A program made the position numbers and the translations under genes. Positions 12,911 to 22,577 of a stretch of DNA of 64,000 nucleotides are shown in pieces. Where the stretch lies: positions 118,538-182,537 of the forward strand of contig CALKBV010000002.1 of assembly GCA_937775265.1 (NCBI GenBank), given 5' to 3'. The DNA is from an uncultured Pseudomonadales bacterium (GTDB taxonomy: Bacteria > Pseudomonadota > Gammaproteobacteria > Pseudomonadales > Azotimanducaceae). Under the pieces are notes generated by a model. It saw nothing but the letters and a program-made list of their open reading frames with translations. It was not told the DNA's origin and made no database searches. Position 1 is the first letter of the stretch; each line of letters begins with the position of its first letter.

Positions 12911-13537
12911 TTAAACGCGTCGTTTAAGCGCCTCTTGGAATAACGCGAACTTATCCTTAAATACCCGGGAAAGCAGTAAAACTGTCACTATTACGCCATA
13001 GGCTATGGCCTCTGAATAACTGGACTTGGCTAGCCACGTCACATGCACAACAACCAGGATAGCGACACCGTATACAAGTCGGTGCAGAAGCGCCCAGCGA
13101 TTTCGCAGCAGCCGTATGGCAAAGCTATTAGAGGTAAGTGCCAGGGGTACTAGCAGCAAGTAAGCGGTAAACCCAATAGTAATATAGGGCCGTTTTAGTA
13201 TGTCAGCGCCCAGATTGCGAAAATCAAGCTCAAGCAGCAGGAACAGATAGGCCAGCAGATGTATCGAGGCATAGGCGAAGGTAAACAAGCCCAGCATCCT
13301 CCTGATCTTCTGGGCCTGATGCCATCCAGTAAGCCTTCTTACCGGCGTTACCAGAAGGGTGAGTAGAAGAAACCGTATAGCCCACTCACCCTGGAGCAGC
13401 ACCAGCGCCTTCGCCGGGTCGGCCCCTAAAACATTAGCCCCATCCGTTTGCAGCTGATATACCTGGTAAATCGAATACTCAAGGGGCAGGAGACACAGCA
13501 AGAAAGTCAGGAGCTTAAACATCGAAAACTTAAACAC
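12911..13537 (-). CDS. msrQ: Methionine sulfoxide reductase heme-binding subunit MsrQ (YedZ)
   Basis: The 208-aa ORF is a 6-TM ferric-reductase-like protein with conserved His residues. It lies directly downstream of msrP. Confidence 0.85.
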   Translation of the reverse strand: MFKFSMFKLLTFLLCLLPLEYSIYQVYQLQTDGANVLGADPAKALVLLQGEWAIRFLLLTLLVTPVRRLTGWHQAQKIRRMLGLFTFAYASIHLLAYLFLLLELDFRNLGADILKRPYITIGFTAYLLLVPLALTSNSFAIRLLRNRWALLHRLVYGVAILVVVHVTWLAKSSYSEAIAYGVIVTVLLLSRVFKDKFALFQEALKRRV

Positions 13538-13567
13538 GACAGAAACTCAATATCGGGGATCCAACCA

Positions 13568-14584
13568 CTAGTACTGCTTTCGCAAGTCCATGTCTTTATA
13601 AAGGTGCGCTACCAGGGGCGCATAGCCATTGAACTTGAGGGTCTCAACGTAATTCTGGTTAAAGATAGAAGTGGGTAATCTGCGTTCGCGCGCCTGACTC
13701 CAGCGTGGATGGTCAACATCCGGGTTTACGTTGGCATAGAAGCCGTACTCACGACTATTAGAAATTTCCCATGTCGTCTTCGGACGACGTTTCGTGAATT
13801 CTATCTTGACGATTGACTTAATACTCTTAAAGCCGTATTTCCAGGGGACAACCAACCTGATCGGCGCGCCATTCTGGTTAGGCATTGCGTTGCCATAGAC
13901 CCCCACGGCCAGAAACGCGAGTTCATTCATTGCCTCATCGATACGGAGCCCTTCTACGTAGGGATAGTCAATTGCGGCAAAGCGAGATCCCTGTGCGGGC
14001 ATCTGTTCCGGGTCATGAAGAGTTTCAAATCGAACGTACTTTGCATTTGAGTTTGGTTTAAACCGCTTTAAAAGATTAGCAAGCGAAAAACCAACCCAGG
14101 GTACGACCATTGACCAGGCTTCTACACATCGAAGACGGTAAACCCGCTCTTCAAGCGCATAAGGATTGACAATATCTTCGAGGTTATACGTCCCCGTCAG
14201 CTCTGCCTCACCAGTTACCTCCACCTTCCAAGGATCAGTGACGAAGTTCTGCGAGTTATCCGCAGGATCCGTTTTCCCTGTCCCAAACTCGTAGAAATTA
14301 TTGTAAGTACTGACATACTCAAACGGTGTTGCTGGTTCCCGTGTTGAATACTGACCCGGCGTCAGTGTATTTAGTTTGTTTTGGAGCCAGGCTGGCCCCG
14401 ATAACGGTGCCTGGGTGGTATAGAGCTGGCGTTCTCCTGATGTTGCACCAGCGACAACAGGTGTACCCAGCGCAACAGCACCAATGCCCATCGCCTTTAA
14501 AATTTGCCTTCGTTCGTGAAAGACGGTTTCGCTGGTGATTTCTGATGACCGAATGTCACCTGCTTGCGCTCGTTTGATCAACAT
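13568..14584 (-). CDS. msrP: Periplasmic methionine sulfoxide reductase molybdopterin subunit MsrP (YedY)
   Basis: The 338-aa ORF has a Tat-like signal (RRQILKAMGIGAVALG) and YedY-type sequence (YNNFYEFG, RLRCVEAWSMVVPW). Confidence 0.9.
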   Translation of the reverse strand: MLIKRAQAGDIRSSEITSETVFHERRQILKAMGIGAVALGTPVVAGATSGERQLYTTQAPLSGPAWLQNKLNTLTPGQYSTREPATPFEYVSTYNNFYEFGTGKTDPADNSQNFVTDPWKVEVTGEAELTGTYNLEDIVNPYALEERVYRLRCVEAWSMVVPWVGFSLANLLKRFKPNSNAKYVRFETLHDPEQMPAQGSRFAAIDYPYVEGLRIDEAMNELAFLAVGVYGNAMPNQNGAPIRLVVPWKYGFKSIKSIVKIEFTKRRPKTTWEISNSREYGFYANVNPDVDHPRWSQARERRLPTSIFNQNYVETLKFNGYAPLVAHLYKDMDLRKQY

Positions 14585-14643
14585 AACTGACTCCGGTTTG
14601 TCGCTTTTCTACTGAGGTAACAGACTGGCCAAACCAGACTATG

Positions 14644-15420
14644 TTACACCTCAGGCGCTTTATCCTTTTCGCGGACCAACCTCAACAGAGCCTGGATTGG
14701 TCCAGACACACCATAGGCAAGACCAACGCAGAACAACATACCTGGCGGGTAGATGGCGACCACAATGAACAGCAATACCGCCCCCACCATAATAGGAAAT
14801 GGCACCCTGCCCTTGATGTTCTTTGGGCTGAAGTACCGAATGTTGCTTACCATCAAGAACGCGACGACCGTTGTAAAAAGGCCGACCAACACAGAAACCT
14901 CCATACTCTCCATTGGTGGGAAGTTATCAACCCAGATCCAGACCAAGGTGGACATCGTACCTGCAGCACCCGGGCTCGCAAGGCCGTAAAATACCTTAGT
15001 GTCAGGGGCAATATTGAAACGCGCCAAACGCAGGGCCGCGCAACACATATACAGGAAGGCAATAATCCAGCCGATCTTGCCAAGATCCTGCAGGGCCCAG
15101 CTAAACAATAAAATCGCCGGCGCAACACCAAAGGCAACCAGGTCTGCCATACTGTCGTACTGCACTCCAAACTGGCTGGTGGTATTTGTTAACCTGGCGA
15201 TTCGCCCGTCCAGCGCATCAAGGAACCCGGCAATCACGATCGCGATACACGCAGTTTCGAATGCACCGGTCATTGCAGCAACAATCGCATAGAAACCCGA
15301 AAAAAGTGCGCCGGTTGTGATGAGATTAGGTAGCAGGTAGACGCCTTTTTTAAGGCCTTTGCGTTCTGGTAGCTGCGTTACGGTTCCCTGCTCCGGGCTT
15401 ACCGGTTCCTGGTCTGTCAT
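14644..15420 (-). CDS. pssA: CDP-diacylglycerol--serine O-phosphatidyltransferase
   Basis: It carries the CDP-alcohol phosphatidyltransferase motif DALDGRIARLTNTTSQFGVQYDSMADL and is a multi-TM protein. Confidence 0.9.
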   Translation of the reverse strand: MTDQEPVSPEQGTVTQLPERKGLKKGVYLLPNLITTGALFSGFYAIVAAMTGAFETACIAIVIAGFLDALDGRIARLTNTTSQFGVQYDSMADLVAFGVAPAILLFSWALQDLGKIGWIIAFLYMCCAALRLARFNIAPDTKVFYGLASPGAAGTMSTLVWIWVDNFPPMESMEVSVLVGLFTTVVAFLMVSNIRYFSPKNIKGRVPFPIMVGAVLLFIVVAIYPPGMLFCVGLAYGVSGPIQALLRLVREKDKAPEV

Positions 15421-15493
15421 TGTCTCGCCTCAATGGTGGCAATGGTGGGGTACCCAATTATTCATTATTCCACCGTTAAACCCACCATTACAA

Positions 15494-15985
15494 CTACGGT
15501 GTAAGCACTTTCTCGCCCCGGGAGAGTCCGGATACACCCGATCTCACGACTTCCATCACACTGGATTCAGGGAACGCCCGAAGGAAAGCATCGAGTTTTT
15601 CAGTCGTACCGGTCAACTGGATTGTGTACGTGCTCTGCGTCACATCAACAACCTGACCGCGGAAGATATCCGACGTGCGCTTTACTTCTGCACGCTGGGC
15701 ACCGGTTGCCTTCAGCTTGATTAACATCAGTTCACGCTCGATGTGTTCACCCTCGGTCAGGTCAACCAGCTTTACGACCTCAATCAGTTTGTTGAGCTGC
15801 TTGGTGATCTGCTCTACCTGTTCGTCACCCGCAAGAGTAGACAGGGTCAGACGGGATAGGGTCGAATCTTCGGTAGGTGCGACCGTGAGTGTTTCGATGT
15901 TGTAGTTTCGCTGGGCGAACAAACCAATTACTCGCGATAAAGCACCAGGCTCGTTTTCCATCAGCACGGAAATAATTCTTCTCAT
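15494..15985 (-). CDS. ilvH: Acetolactate synthase small (regulatory) subunit
   Basis: The 163-aa ORF has an ACT domain N-terminus (ISVLMENEPGALSRVIGLFAQRNYNIETL). Its start overlaps the ilvI stop. Confidence 0.95.
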   Translation of the reverse strand: MRRIISVLMENEPGALSRVIGLFAQRNYNIETLTVAPTEDSTLSRLTLSTLAGDEQVEQITKQLNKLIEVVKLVDLTEGEHIERELMLIKLKATGAQRAEVKRTSDIFRGQVVDVTQSTYTIQLTGTTEKLDAFLRAFPESSVMEVVRSGVSGLSRGEKVLTP

Positions 15986-17721
15986 CAGGTTCGTACCCCC
16001 TTACTGAGCCACATATCGCGCAACGATCCGTTCGGGGCAATCAGCATCGGATAAACATGCTCTGAAGGGTCAACCATGATATCGACAAACACAAGCTTGT
16101 TTTTGATCGCCATCGCCTCTACCAATACAGGCTCCAGGTCGTCCCGCGATTCGATCTTGAATCCCACGTGCCCGTAGGACTCAACCAGTTTTACAAAATC
16201 TGGCAGCGAGTCCATATAACTATGTGAATGGCGACCCTCATACTGCATATCTTGCCACTGCTTCACCATACCGAGTGACTGGTTGTTAACGTTGATAATC
16301 TTAATGGGCAATCCGTACTGCGAGCAGGTTGAAAGCTCCTGGATATTCATCTGGATACTGCCTTCACCCGTGATACAAACGACCTGCTCATCAGGGAAGG
16401 CAACCTGCACCCCCATGGCCGCTGGCAGCCCAAAACCCATCGTCCCTAGTCCACCCGAGTTAATCCACTTTCGAGGCTCATCAAATGGGTAATATTGCGC
16501 TGCAAACATCTGGTGCTGGCCGACGTCGGACGTCACGTAAGCCTTTCCGCCGGTGGCCTTATAGACAGCCTGCACCGCTTCCTGCGGCTTAATAATATCC
16601 TCACTTTCATCCCTGATAACCGCCAGGCAATCCTGTTTCCGCCACCCTTCGATCTGTTCCCACCATTCCTTCAACATTTGTTGCTGTTTCTCAGAACGCT
16701 TAGCAACTTCAGGTTCCAGTAGACTGATCATTTCATCCAGGACTGTATCTACGGGCCCAACAATAGGGACATCAGCATTAACAGTCTTGGAGATCGATGT
16801 GGGATCGATATCGAGATGGATAATTTCAGCATAAGGGCAAAACTTGGAAACTGTATTCGTTATCCGGTCATCAAAGCGGGCACCAATGGCAAACACCAGA
16901 TCGCTATGGTGCATGGCGTTGTTTGCTTCAAAGGTGCCATGCATACCAAGCATGCCCAGAAACTGTTTGTCTGTGCCGGGAAACGCACCCAAACCCATTA
17001 AAGTGTTGGTAATCGGGAAACCCAGCAGCCTTGTTAATTCGATGAGTTGGCTGGAAGCGTCTCCCTGAACAACGCCCCCACCCGCATAAATCATCGGCCG
17101 CTCACACTTCGCAAGTGACTTGATCGCTTTCTTGATCTGGCCTGTATGACCTCTAGTCGCCGGTGAATAGGACCGCATCGTTACCGTTTCCGGGTAGCTA
17201 TAGTCGAACAGGTTTGTCGGATCAGTCACATCTTTAGGAATATCGACGACCACAGGCCCAGGACGACCAGAAGTAGCGATATAGAACGCCTTTTTGATCG
17301 TTTCGGGAATTTCCGACGCTGTGCGGACCAGATAACTGTGTTTCACGATGGGTCTCGAGACACCCACCATGTCTGTCTCCTGGAACGAATCTGTACCAAT
17401 CAGGTGACTTTGTACCTGCCCAGATATCACCACCATGGGAATCGAATCCATATAGGCTGTTGCTATACCCGTGATCGCATTGGTAGCCCCCGGGCCACTG
17501 GTCACCAGGACGACACCAGGGCGACCCGTGGAACGCGCATAGCCGTCCGCCATATGGGTTGCAGCCTGCTCATGGCGCACCAGCACATGCTGAATTCTAT
17601 TCTGCCTGAACACAGCATCATAGATATGCAGCACAGCCCCACCAGGATACCCAAAAACGTGATCAACGCCCTCGTCCTGGAGGGCTCGGATCAACATGTC
17701 CGCGCCAGATAACTTTTCCAC
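15985..17721 (-). CDS. ilvI: Acetolactate synthase large subunit
   Basis: The 578-aa ThDP enzyme has [13 protein letters not shown] and [14 protein letters not shown] motifs. Confidence 0.95.
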   Translation of the reverse strand: MEKLSGADMLIRALQDEGVDHVFGYPGGAVLHIYDAVFRQNRIQHVLVRHEQAATHMADGYARSTGRPGVVLVTSGPGATNAITGIATAYMDSIPMVVISGQVQSHLIGTDSFQETDMVGVSRPIVKHSYLVRTASEIPETIKKAFYIATSGRPGPVVVDIPKDVTDPTNLFDYSYPETVTMRSYSPATRGHTGQIKKAIKSLAKCERPMIYAGGGVVQGDASSQLIELTRLLGFPITNTLMGLGAFPGTDKQFLGMLGMHGTFEANNAMHHSDLVFAIGARFDDRITNTVSKFCPYAEIIHLDIDPTSISKTVNADVPIVGPVDTVLDEMISLLEPEVAKRSEKQQQMLKEWWEQIEGWRKQDCLAVIRDESEDIIKPQEAVQAVYKATGGKAYVTSDVGQHQMFAAQYYPFDEPRKWINSGGLGTMGFGLPAAMGVQVAFPDEQVVCITGEGSIQMNIQELSTCSQYGLPIKIINVNNQSLGMVKQWQDMQYEGRHSHSYMDSLPDFVKLVESYGHVGFKIESRDDLEPVLVEAMAIKNKLVFVDIMVDPSEHVYPMLIAPNGSLRDMWLSKGVRT

Positions 17722-17900
17722 GATATACCTCTGATTTTTCCGTAAATTTCGCCCCGAAAGGGGCCGGCATTCTCATGTATCCTGAATGCCTAGTCAAACC
17801 TGACTAAACCGAGCCTGAAAAATGACTATTTTCATCGGTGCGAATAGTGCACAATCTTACAGTAATATTCTGGAAATATTGTTTTTCTGTGATGGTTTAC

Positions 17901-18378
17901 ATGACAAAGTTAGAATCTACCGCAGGTTTGATAGGCCTGCTCATTCTACTCTCATGCAACAACCTCTAACGCCGAAGATGAGTACTACACTTGGGTCGAC
18001 GGGGATGGCGTCGTGAATTATTCGGAACATAACCCGCAAGGATTCGATGCTCGCTTTATCACCCGCAGCCAAAGATTCGGATACCAGAGCGACGAGCCGT
18101 TAGAGCAAGAAGCACCAGAACAGACTGCCGCACCAGCAGCGGAAGAGGAGCGCGATATTGATGTTGAAATCGCCACCCAAAGAGCCCGCATAGATAAGGA
18201 AATAGCCGCGGCCAAGAAGTCCAACTGTAATATCGGGAAACTAAACCTCGCACAGCTCCAGAGCTACAATCGCATCAAGGTTCAGGATGACGATGGACAA
18301 GTCAGGGTACTCTCGGAAGAAGAAAAACAATCCAGAATTGATAGGGCAAAGACAACCATCAGCGAAAATTGCAGCTAG
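17901..18378 (+). pseudogene. DUF4124-like secreted protein split by a +1 frameshift near 17952-17956 (or an assembly indel)
   Basis: The signal peptide MTKLESTAGLIGLLILLS is in the frame of 17901 and stops at 17967. The adjacent frame reads ...HATTSNAEDEYYTWVDGDGVVNYSEHNPQG, the DUF4124 signature, and continues to 18378. It has no start other than the GTG at 18013, which lies inside the domain. Confidence 0.55.
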
Positions 18379-18410
18379 ACTGATCTTTCAGGATGAGTCC
18401 GCCTGGGCAC

Positions 18411-19121
18411 TTACTCCATCCAGATAAACCCGCCCATGCGTCCTGTCACTCCATCCCTTCTGTAAGAAAAAAATCGTGACGAATCACAATAAGTGCATAG
18501 ACCACCGCCGTAGACTTCAACACCCAGACTCTGTAGCTGTTCGTTTGCAATCGCATAAAGATCCATCGAGAACTTACTCTCGGCACTATTAGCATTCTCA
18601 GGACCTTTAGCAAACCCTGTCCCAGAGGAAAAACAGGCCCTGACATTCTCCCCCACTGTGTAATGGCAAGGCCCTATTGCGGGACCCATCCAGGCCAGCA
18701 TCGACCTCGAACCCAGCGCCATAACCGTCGAGGACAAGACACCATTAGCAAGACCTCTCCAGCCTGCGTGGGCAATCCCTACAATATCGCCCCCACGTGA
18801 CGTAAACATAACAGGCAGACAATCAGCCACCATGATTGCCAGCACCTTTCCCCGCTCTCTTGTGATGCTGGCATCACCCAGCCGGTCAGTTGCATCCATA
18901 TCCGCATTAACGCAGATATCAGTATGGGTTTGTTCAAGCCAGTACGGTTCACCGGGAACATCGATTGAAGCTCTGTTTCGCGTGACCAAAGCTGCGTCGT
19001 CGCCGACATGAGATCCGAGATTAAGACTGGCATATGGCGCATGGCTACAACCACCACGGCGATCTGAAAAGAGCACCTTGATGTTCACGGGCGCCGGCCA
19101 ACCCGGCTCCAGACTAGCCAT
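18411..19121 (-). CDS. pgeF: Peptidoglycan editing factor PgeF (YfiH, DUF152)
   Basis: ADCLPV and HAGWRG motifs are present, and the gene is in synteny with rluD and bamD. Confidence 0.85.
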   Translation of the reverse strand: MASLEPGWPAPVNIKVLFSDRRGGCSHAPYASLNLGSHVGDDAALVTRNRASIDVPGEPYWLEQTHTDICVNADMDATDRLGDASITRERGKVLAIMVADCLPVMFTSRGGDIVGIAHAGWRGLANGVLSSTVMALGSRSMLAWMGPAIGPCHYTVGENVRACFSSGTGFAKGPENANSAESKFSMDLYAIANEQLQSLGVEVYGGGLCTYCDSSRFFSYRRDGVTGRMGGFIWME

Positions 19122-19129
19122 ATGGCGAT

Positions 19130-20071
19130 TTATCCATATAGAAGGTCCAGCAACTCCGCGAAGTCCTCAGGTGGCTTTACAGTCCACGTCATCTTTTTGC
19201 CGGTTACAGGATGCTGTAATGCAAGTTTTTTTGCATGCAGCGCCTGGCGTTTGAAATCCCGGAGCGTATCTGACAGCCATTCATCTCCGGACCTTGGTCG
19301 CCTGTAATGCCCGCCATAAGTCGGGTCACCAATCAATGGATTGCCAAGGGATTGAAGATGAACCCTGATCTGGTGCGTTCGACCGGTATCCAACTGGCAT
19401 TCAACAAGGGCGTGCTCGCCAAACTGCTCCAGGACACGATAATTTGTCCGCGCTTCTTTGCCGTCTCTGCGGATCGCCATTCTTTTCCGGTGAACAGGAT
19501 GTCGGCCGATCGCCCGATCCACGCGACCCTGCCTCCGGGTGACCACACCGTAAACCAGGGCATCGTATATTCGCGACACCGTTCTTGCCTGAATTTCCTT
19601 GACGATATGGTTCTGTGTTTCCAGCGTCTTGGCGACGACCATCAAACCGCTGGTTTCCTTATCGAGCCTGTGAACAATGCCGGCCCGGGGGATTGAGGCT
19701 AGTCCTGGCTCATGATGAAGCAATGCATTTAGCAGAGTGCCGCTGGGGTTTCCGGCCCCTGGATGAACTACCAGCCCTGGCACTTTGTTGAGGACTAGCA
19801 AGTGCTCATCTTCGAACACCACATCTAACGGTATATCTTCTGCGCGGTCGTCGTCGGCTTCCTCAAAAACAGATACCTGCACCTTCTCACCACCGACCAG
19901 ACGATCCTTTGATTTGGCCGGTTTGCCGTTGACGGTCAGATCGCCTGCTTTGATCCATTGTTGCAGGCGCGCTCTCGAGTACTGAGGCAGCAATTCCGAT
20001 ACAGACTGATCCAGTCGCCGAAGAGTGTGTATCTTGGGGATCACTAACTTATGATGTATTTGAAGGGGCAC
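19130..20071 (-). CDS. rluD: 23S rRNA pseudouridine synthase D
   Basis: It has an S4 domain N-terminus, the [15 protein letters not shown] catalytic motif and RTHQIRVH. Confidence 0.9.
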   Translation of the reverse strand: MPLQIHHKLVIPKIHTLRRLDQSVSELLPQYSRARLQQWIKAGDLTVNGKPAKSKDRLVGGEKVQVSVFEEADDDRAEDIPLDVVFEDEHLLVLNKVPGLVVHPGAGNPSGTLLNALLHHEPGLASIPRAGIVHRLDKETSGLMVVAKTLETQNHIVKEIQARTVSRIYDALVYGVVTRRQGRVDRAIGRHPVHRKRMAIRRDGKEARTNYRVLEQFGEHALVECQLDTGRTHQIRVHLQSLGNPLIGDPTYGGHYRRPRSGDEWLSDTLRDFKRQALHAKKLALQHPVTGKKMTWTVKPPEDFAELLDLLYG

Positions 20072-20144
20072 AAGCGCTACTAATTGGGCTTTGCGCAGAG
20101 GCTATGGTTTAATTAGCCGATTTTCAAGCACTCAGATCTTACTC

Positions 20145-20972
20145 ATGCGTTATATTACTGTAATCCTTCTCTCTCTTGCTCTCATAACCGGTTGTTCTAA
20201 AGATGAAGTAGAGGACGATCTGGAAGCTACTGAACTGGCTTACTACACCTCTGCGCAGGATAGCCTCAGGGCCGGTAACTATGCAGGCGCCATCCAGAAG
20301 CTCCAGCTACTGGAATCTCGCTTTCCCTTTGGCCGGTACGCAGAACAGGCTCAGCTTGAGATTATCTTTGCCTATTACAAAAGCGCGCAGCCTGAGGCAG
20401 CACGTTCCGCTGCAGATCGATTTATCCGCTTGCACCCCACACATCCCAATGTCGACTACGCGTATTACCTCAAGGGCATGGTGTCCTATGAACAGGATAA
20501 AAACTTTCTATCCAGTTTCATCCCCATGGACCCCTCTACTCGTGACCCAGGTGCCGCCAGGGAATCCTTCCAGGATTTCTCCCAGCTAATCAATCGATTT
20601 CCAAACAGCGAGTATGCGCCCGACGCCCAAAAAAGAATGAAATACCTGCGCAACCTGCTTGCTACAGCCGAAATACATGTAGCCCGCTATTACATCAAGC
20701 GCGGCGCCTATGTCGCCGCGGCGAACCGGGGCCGTTACGTATTTGAAAATTTCCAGGGGGCCGTGGCGGTACCGGATGCGCTGGCAATAATGGTAGAGGC
20801 CTACCAATTGCTGAAAATGAACGATTTGGCAGAGGAAGCCTTGCTGGTACTCAATAGCAACTACCCTGAACATAAATCCCTGGACGATCAGGGGAACTTT
20901 AAAACCAACAAAGGTATTCGAGCGAAGGGTCGTGGATGGCTAAATGTGGTGACCTTTGGGCTCTTAGGCTAG
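20145..20972 (+). CDS. bamD: Outer membrane protein assembly factor BamD
   Basis: It has a lipoprotein signal ([17 protein letters not shown]) and a TPR-like body. It is divergent from rluD as in most gammaproteobacteria. The start is chosen at the internal Met of the 293-aa track ORF. Confidence 0.85.
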   Translation: MRYITVILLSLALITGCSKDEVEDDLEATELAYYTSAQDSLRAGNYAGAIQKLQLLESRFPFGRYAEQAQLEIIFAYYKSAQPEAARSAADRFIRLHPTHPNVDYAYYLKGMVSYEQDKNFLSSFIPMDPSTRDPGAARESFQDFSQLINRFPNSEYAPDAQKRMKYLRNLLATAEIHVARYYIKRGAYVAAANRGRYVFENFQGAVAVPDALAIMVEAYQLLKMNDLAEEALLVLNSNYPEHKSLDDQGNFKTNKGIRAKGRGWLNVVTFGLLG

Positions 20973-20981
20973 CAAAAGACC

Positions 20982-22571
20982 ATGAAGCAGTTCGACCAGT
21001 CATTCGTGGAAGAACAACAAAAAGCCCAACGGGCCACAATATTCCGGATTTATAATTATTACCGCGTATTAATCTCTTTCCTGTTCCTGTTCCTGTTCCT
21101 GGACCCGAATCTTAATGATTTTGTTGGCAAGGTAGACTCGGAACTTTTCAAGATCACTATCCTCAGTTACATCATTATCAACGTGGTGCTCGGCATCGCT
21201 ACGCTGTTCGCCAGCGTTAACTTTCTGTCAAAACCGATGACTGCAATCTTTGTGATTATCGGAGACATCATCGCCCTAACGCTACTGATGTCTGCCAGCG
21301 GCGGGGTCAGTTCCGGGCTCGGTAGCTTCCTGTTCTTTACCCTCGCTTTCGCCGGAGGCATGGTTTACGGCCGAGTATCGACCGTGCTACCAGCGATCGC
21401 CTTTATCCTGACAATCTATGGCGAGTTCTATCTGTTTTTTCTTAATGAAAATGACATCCAAAGTTTCTTCCAGGCCGGGCTCCTGGGAATCGTCTACTTT
21501 GTAACCAATATCCTGTTCCAGGCCCTGTCACGCCAACTTCAAAAACGACAGACCGAGGTTTTTACGCTGGAACAAATCAACCAACTGGTCATCGGTGGTC
21601 TTCCCACAGGTGTTGTGGTGCTGACTAACAATAGTAAACCAAGGCTGATGAACAAGTCCGCAGAGAGCTTTCTTTCTAAACCCAGTCAACCTGGCGCTGA
21701 TTATGAAAGTGTTCCAGATAACCTCCTTCACGCATTCACCCGCTGGCGGGATGATCCTTCGGACAGTGAAGTAACCTTTGACGTAACTGCGACAGGCAAG
21801 GAACTTGTTGCAACATTTTCGAAACTGCATACCCCCTCGCCAGAAGCCGATACGCTCATCTTTCTTGAGGACAGCACCGAAGTTCAAAAGCAGGCACAAC
21901 AGCTCAAGCTGGCTTCCCTCGGCCGACTTTCCGTCAGCATCGCCCACGAAATCCGAAATCCGCTCGGCGCCATTAGCCACGCAGCTCAGCTATTAGGAGA
22001 ATCAAAAAACCTGGACAAAGGTGACGCTCGCCTGTGCGAGATCATTCAAAACCACAGTCTCAGAATGAATGGCGTTGTCGAAAACGTGCTACAACTGTCG
22101 CGAAGAAAACCAGCAGAGCCGCAAACAATCGTGCTGGCCCAGTGGCTGTCGAACTTCGTCAGAGAGTTCGACACCAATTGGCAGGAAAAACCCCAGGTCA
22201 CGGTACTGCTGAATCCCGACGATACCGTCATAACAGCAGACCCACTTCATTTATCACAGATTATGGGCAACCTTTGCCAAAATGGCGTTAGATACAGCAA
22301 AAAGAAAACAAACGAGCCGAGACTGGCGATACGGGGTGGAAGGGACCCGCAGACACGCTTACCGTTCCTTGAAATTATTGATTACGGACATGGTGTTGAT
22401 GAGGAATTAGTGCCTAACCTCTTCGAACCATTCTACACTACAGAAACGTCCGGAACGGGTCTTGGCCTCTACTTGTCAAAAGAACTATGTGCCGCGAACG
22501 ATGCTCGACTTAATTACCAACGAGCAGACACGGGCGGAAGTTCGTTCAAAATAACTTTCACGGAACCATAA
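20982..22571 (+). CDS. pilS: Type IV pilus sensor histidine kinase PilS
   Basis: It has a 6-TM N-terminus, the H-box SIAHEIRNPL, and N and G boxes (GTGLGLYL). It lies directly upstream of pilR. Confidence 0.85.
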   Translation: MKQFDQSFVEEQQKAQRATIFRIYNYYRVLISFLFLFLFLDPNLNDFVGKVDSELFKITILSYIIINVVLGIATLFASVNFLSKPMTAIFVIIGDIIALTLLMSASGGVSSGLGSFLFFTLAFAGGMVYGRVSTVLPAIAFILTIYGEFYLFFLNENDIQSFFQAGLLGIVYFVTNILFQALSRQLQKRQTEVFTLEQINQLVIGGLPTGVVVLTNNSKPRLMNKSAESFLSKPSQPGADYESVPDNLLHAFTRWRDDPSDSEVTFDVTATGKELVATFSKLHTPSPEADTLIFLEDSTEVQKQAQQLKLASLGRLSVSIAHEIRNPLGAISHAAQLLGESKNLDKGDARLCEIIQNHSLRMNGVVENVLQLSRRKPAEPQTIVLAQWLSNFVREFDTNWQEKPQVTVLLNPDDTVITADPLHLSQIMGNLCQNGVRYSKKKTNEPRLAIRGGRDPQTRLPFLEIIDYGHGVDEELVPNLFEPFYTTETSGTGLGLYLSKELCAANDARLNYQRADTGGSSFKITFTEP

Positions 22572-22577
22572 AAACCA

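Noticed and set aside
14641-15111. 156-aa plus-strand ORF, plus other ORFs overlapping pssA
   Set aside because: The CDP-alcohol phosphatidyltransferase motif identifies the minus frame as the real one.
21528-21980. 150-aa minus-strand ORF
   Set aside because: It is antisense to pilS, which has kinase motifs in the plus frame.
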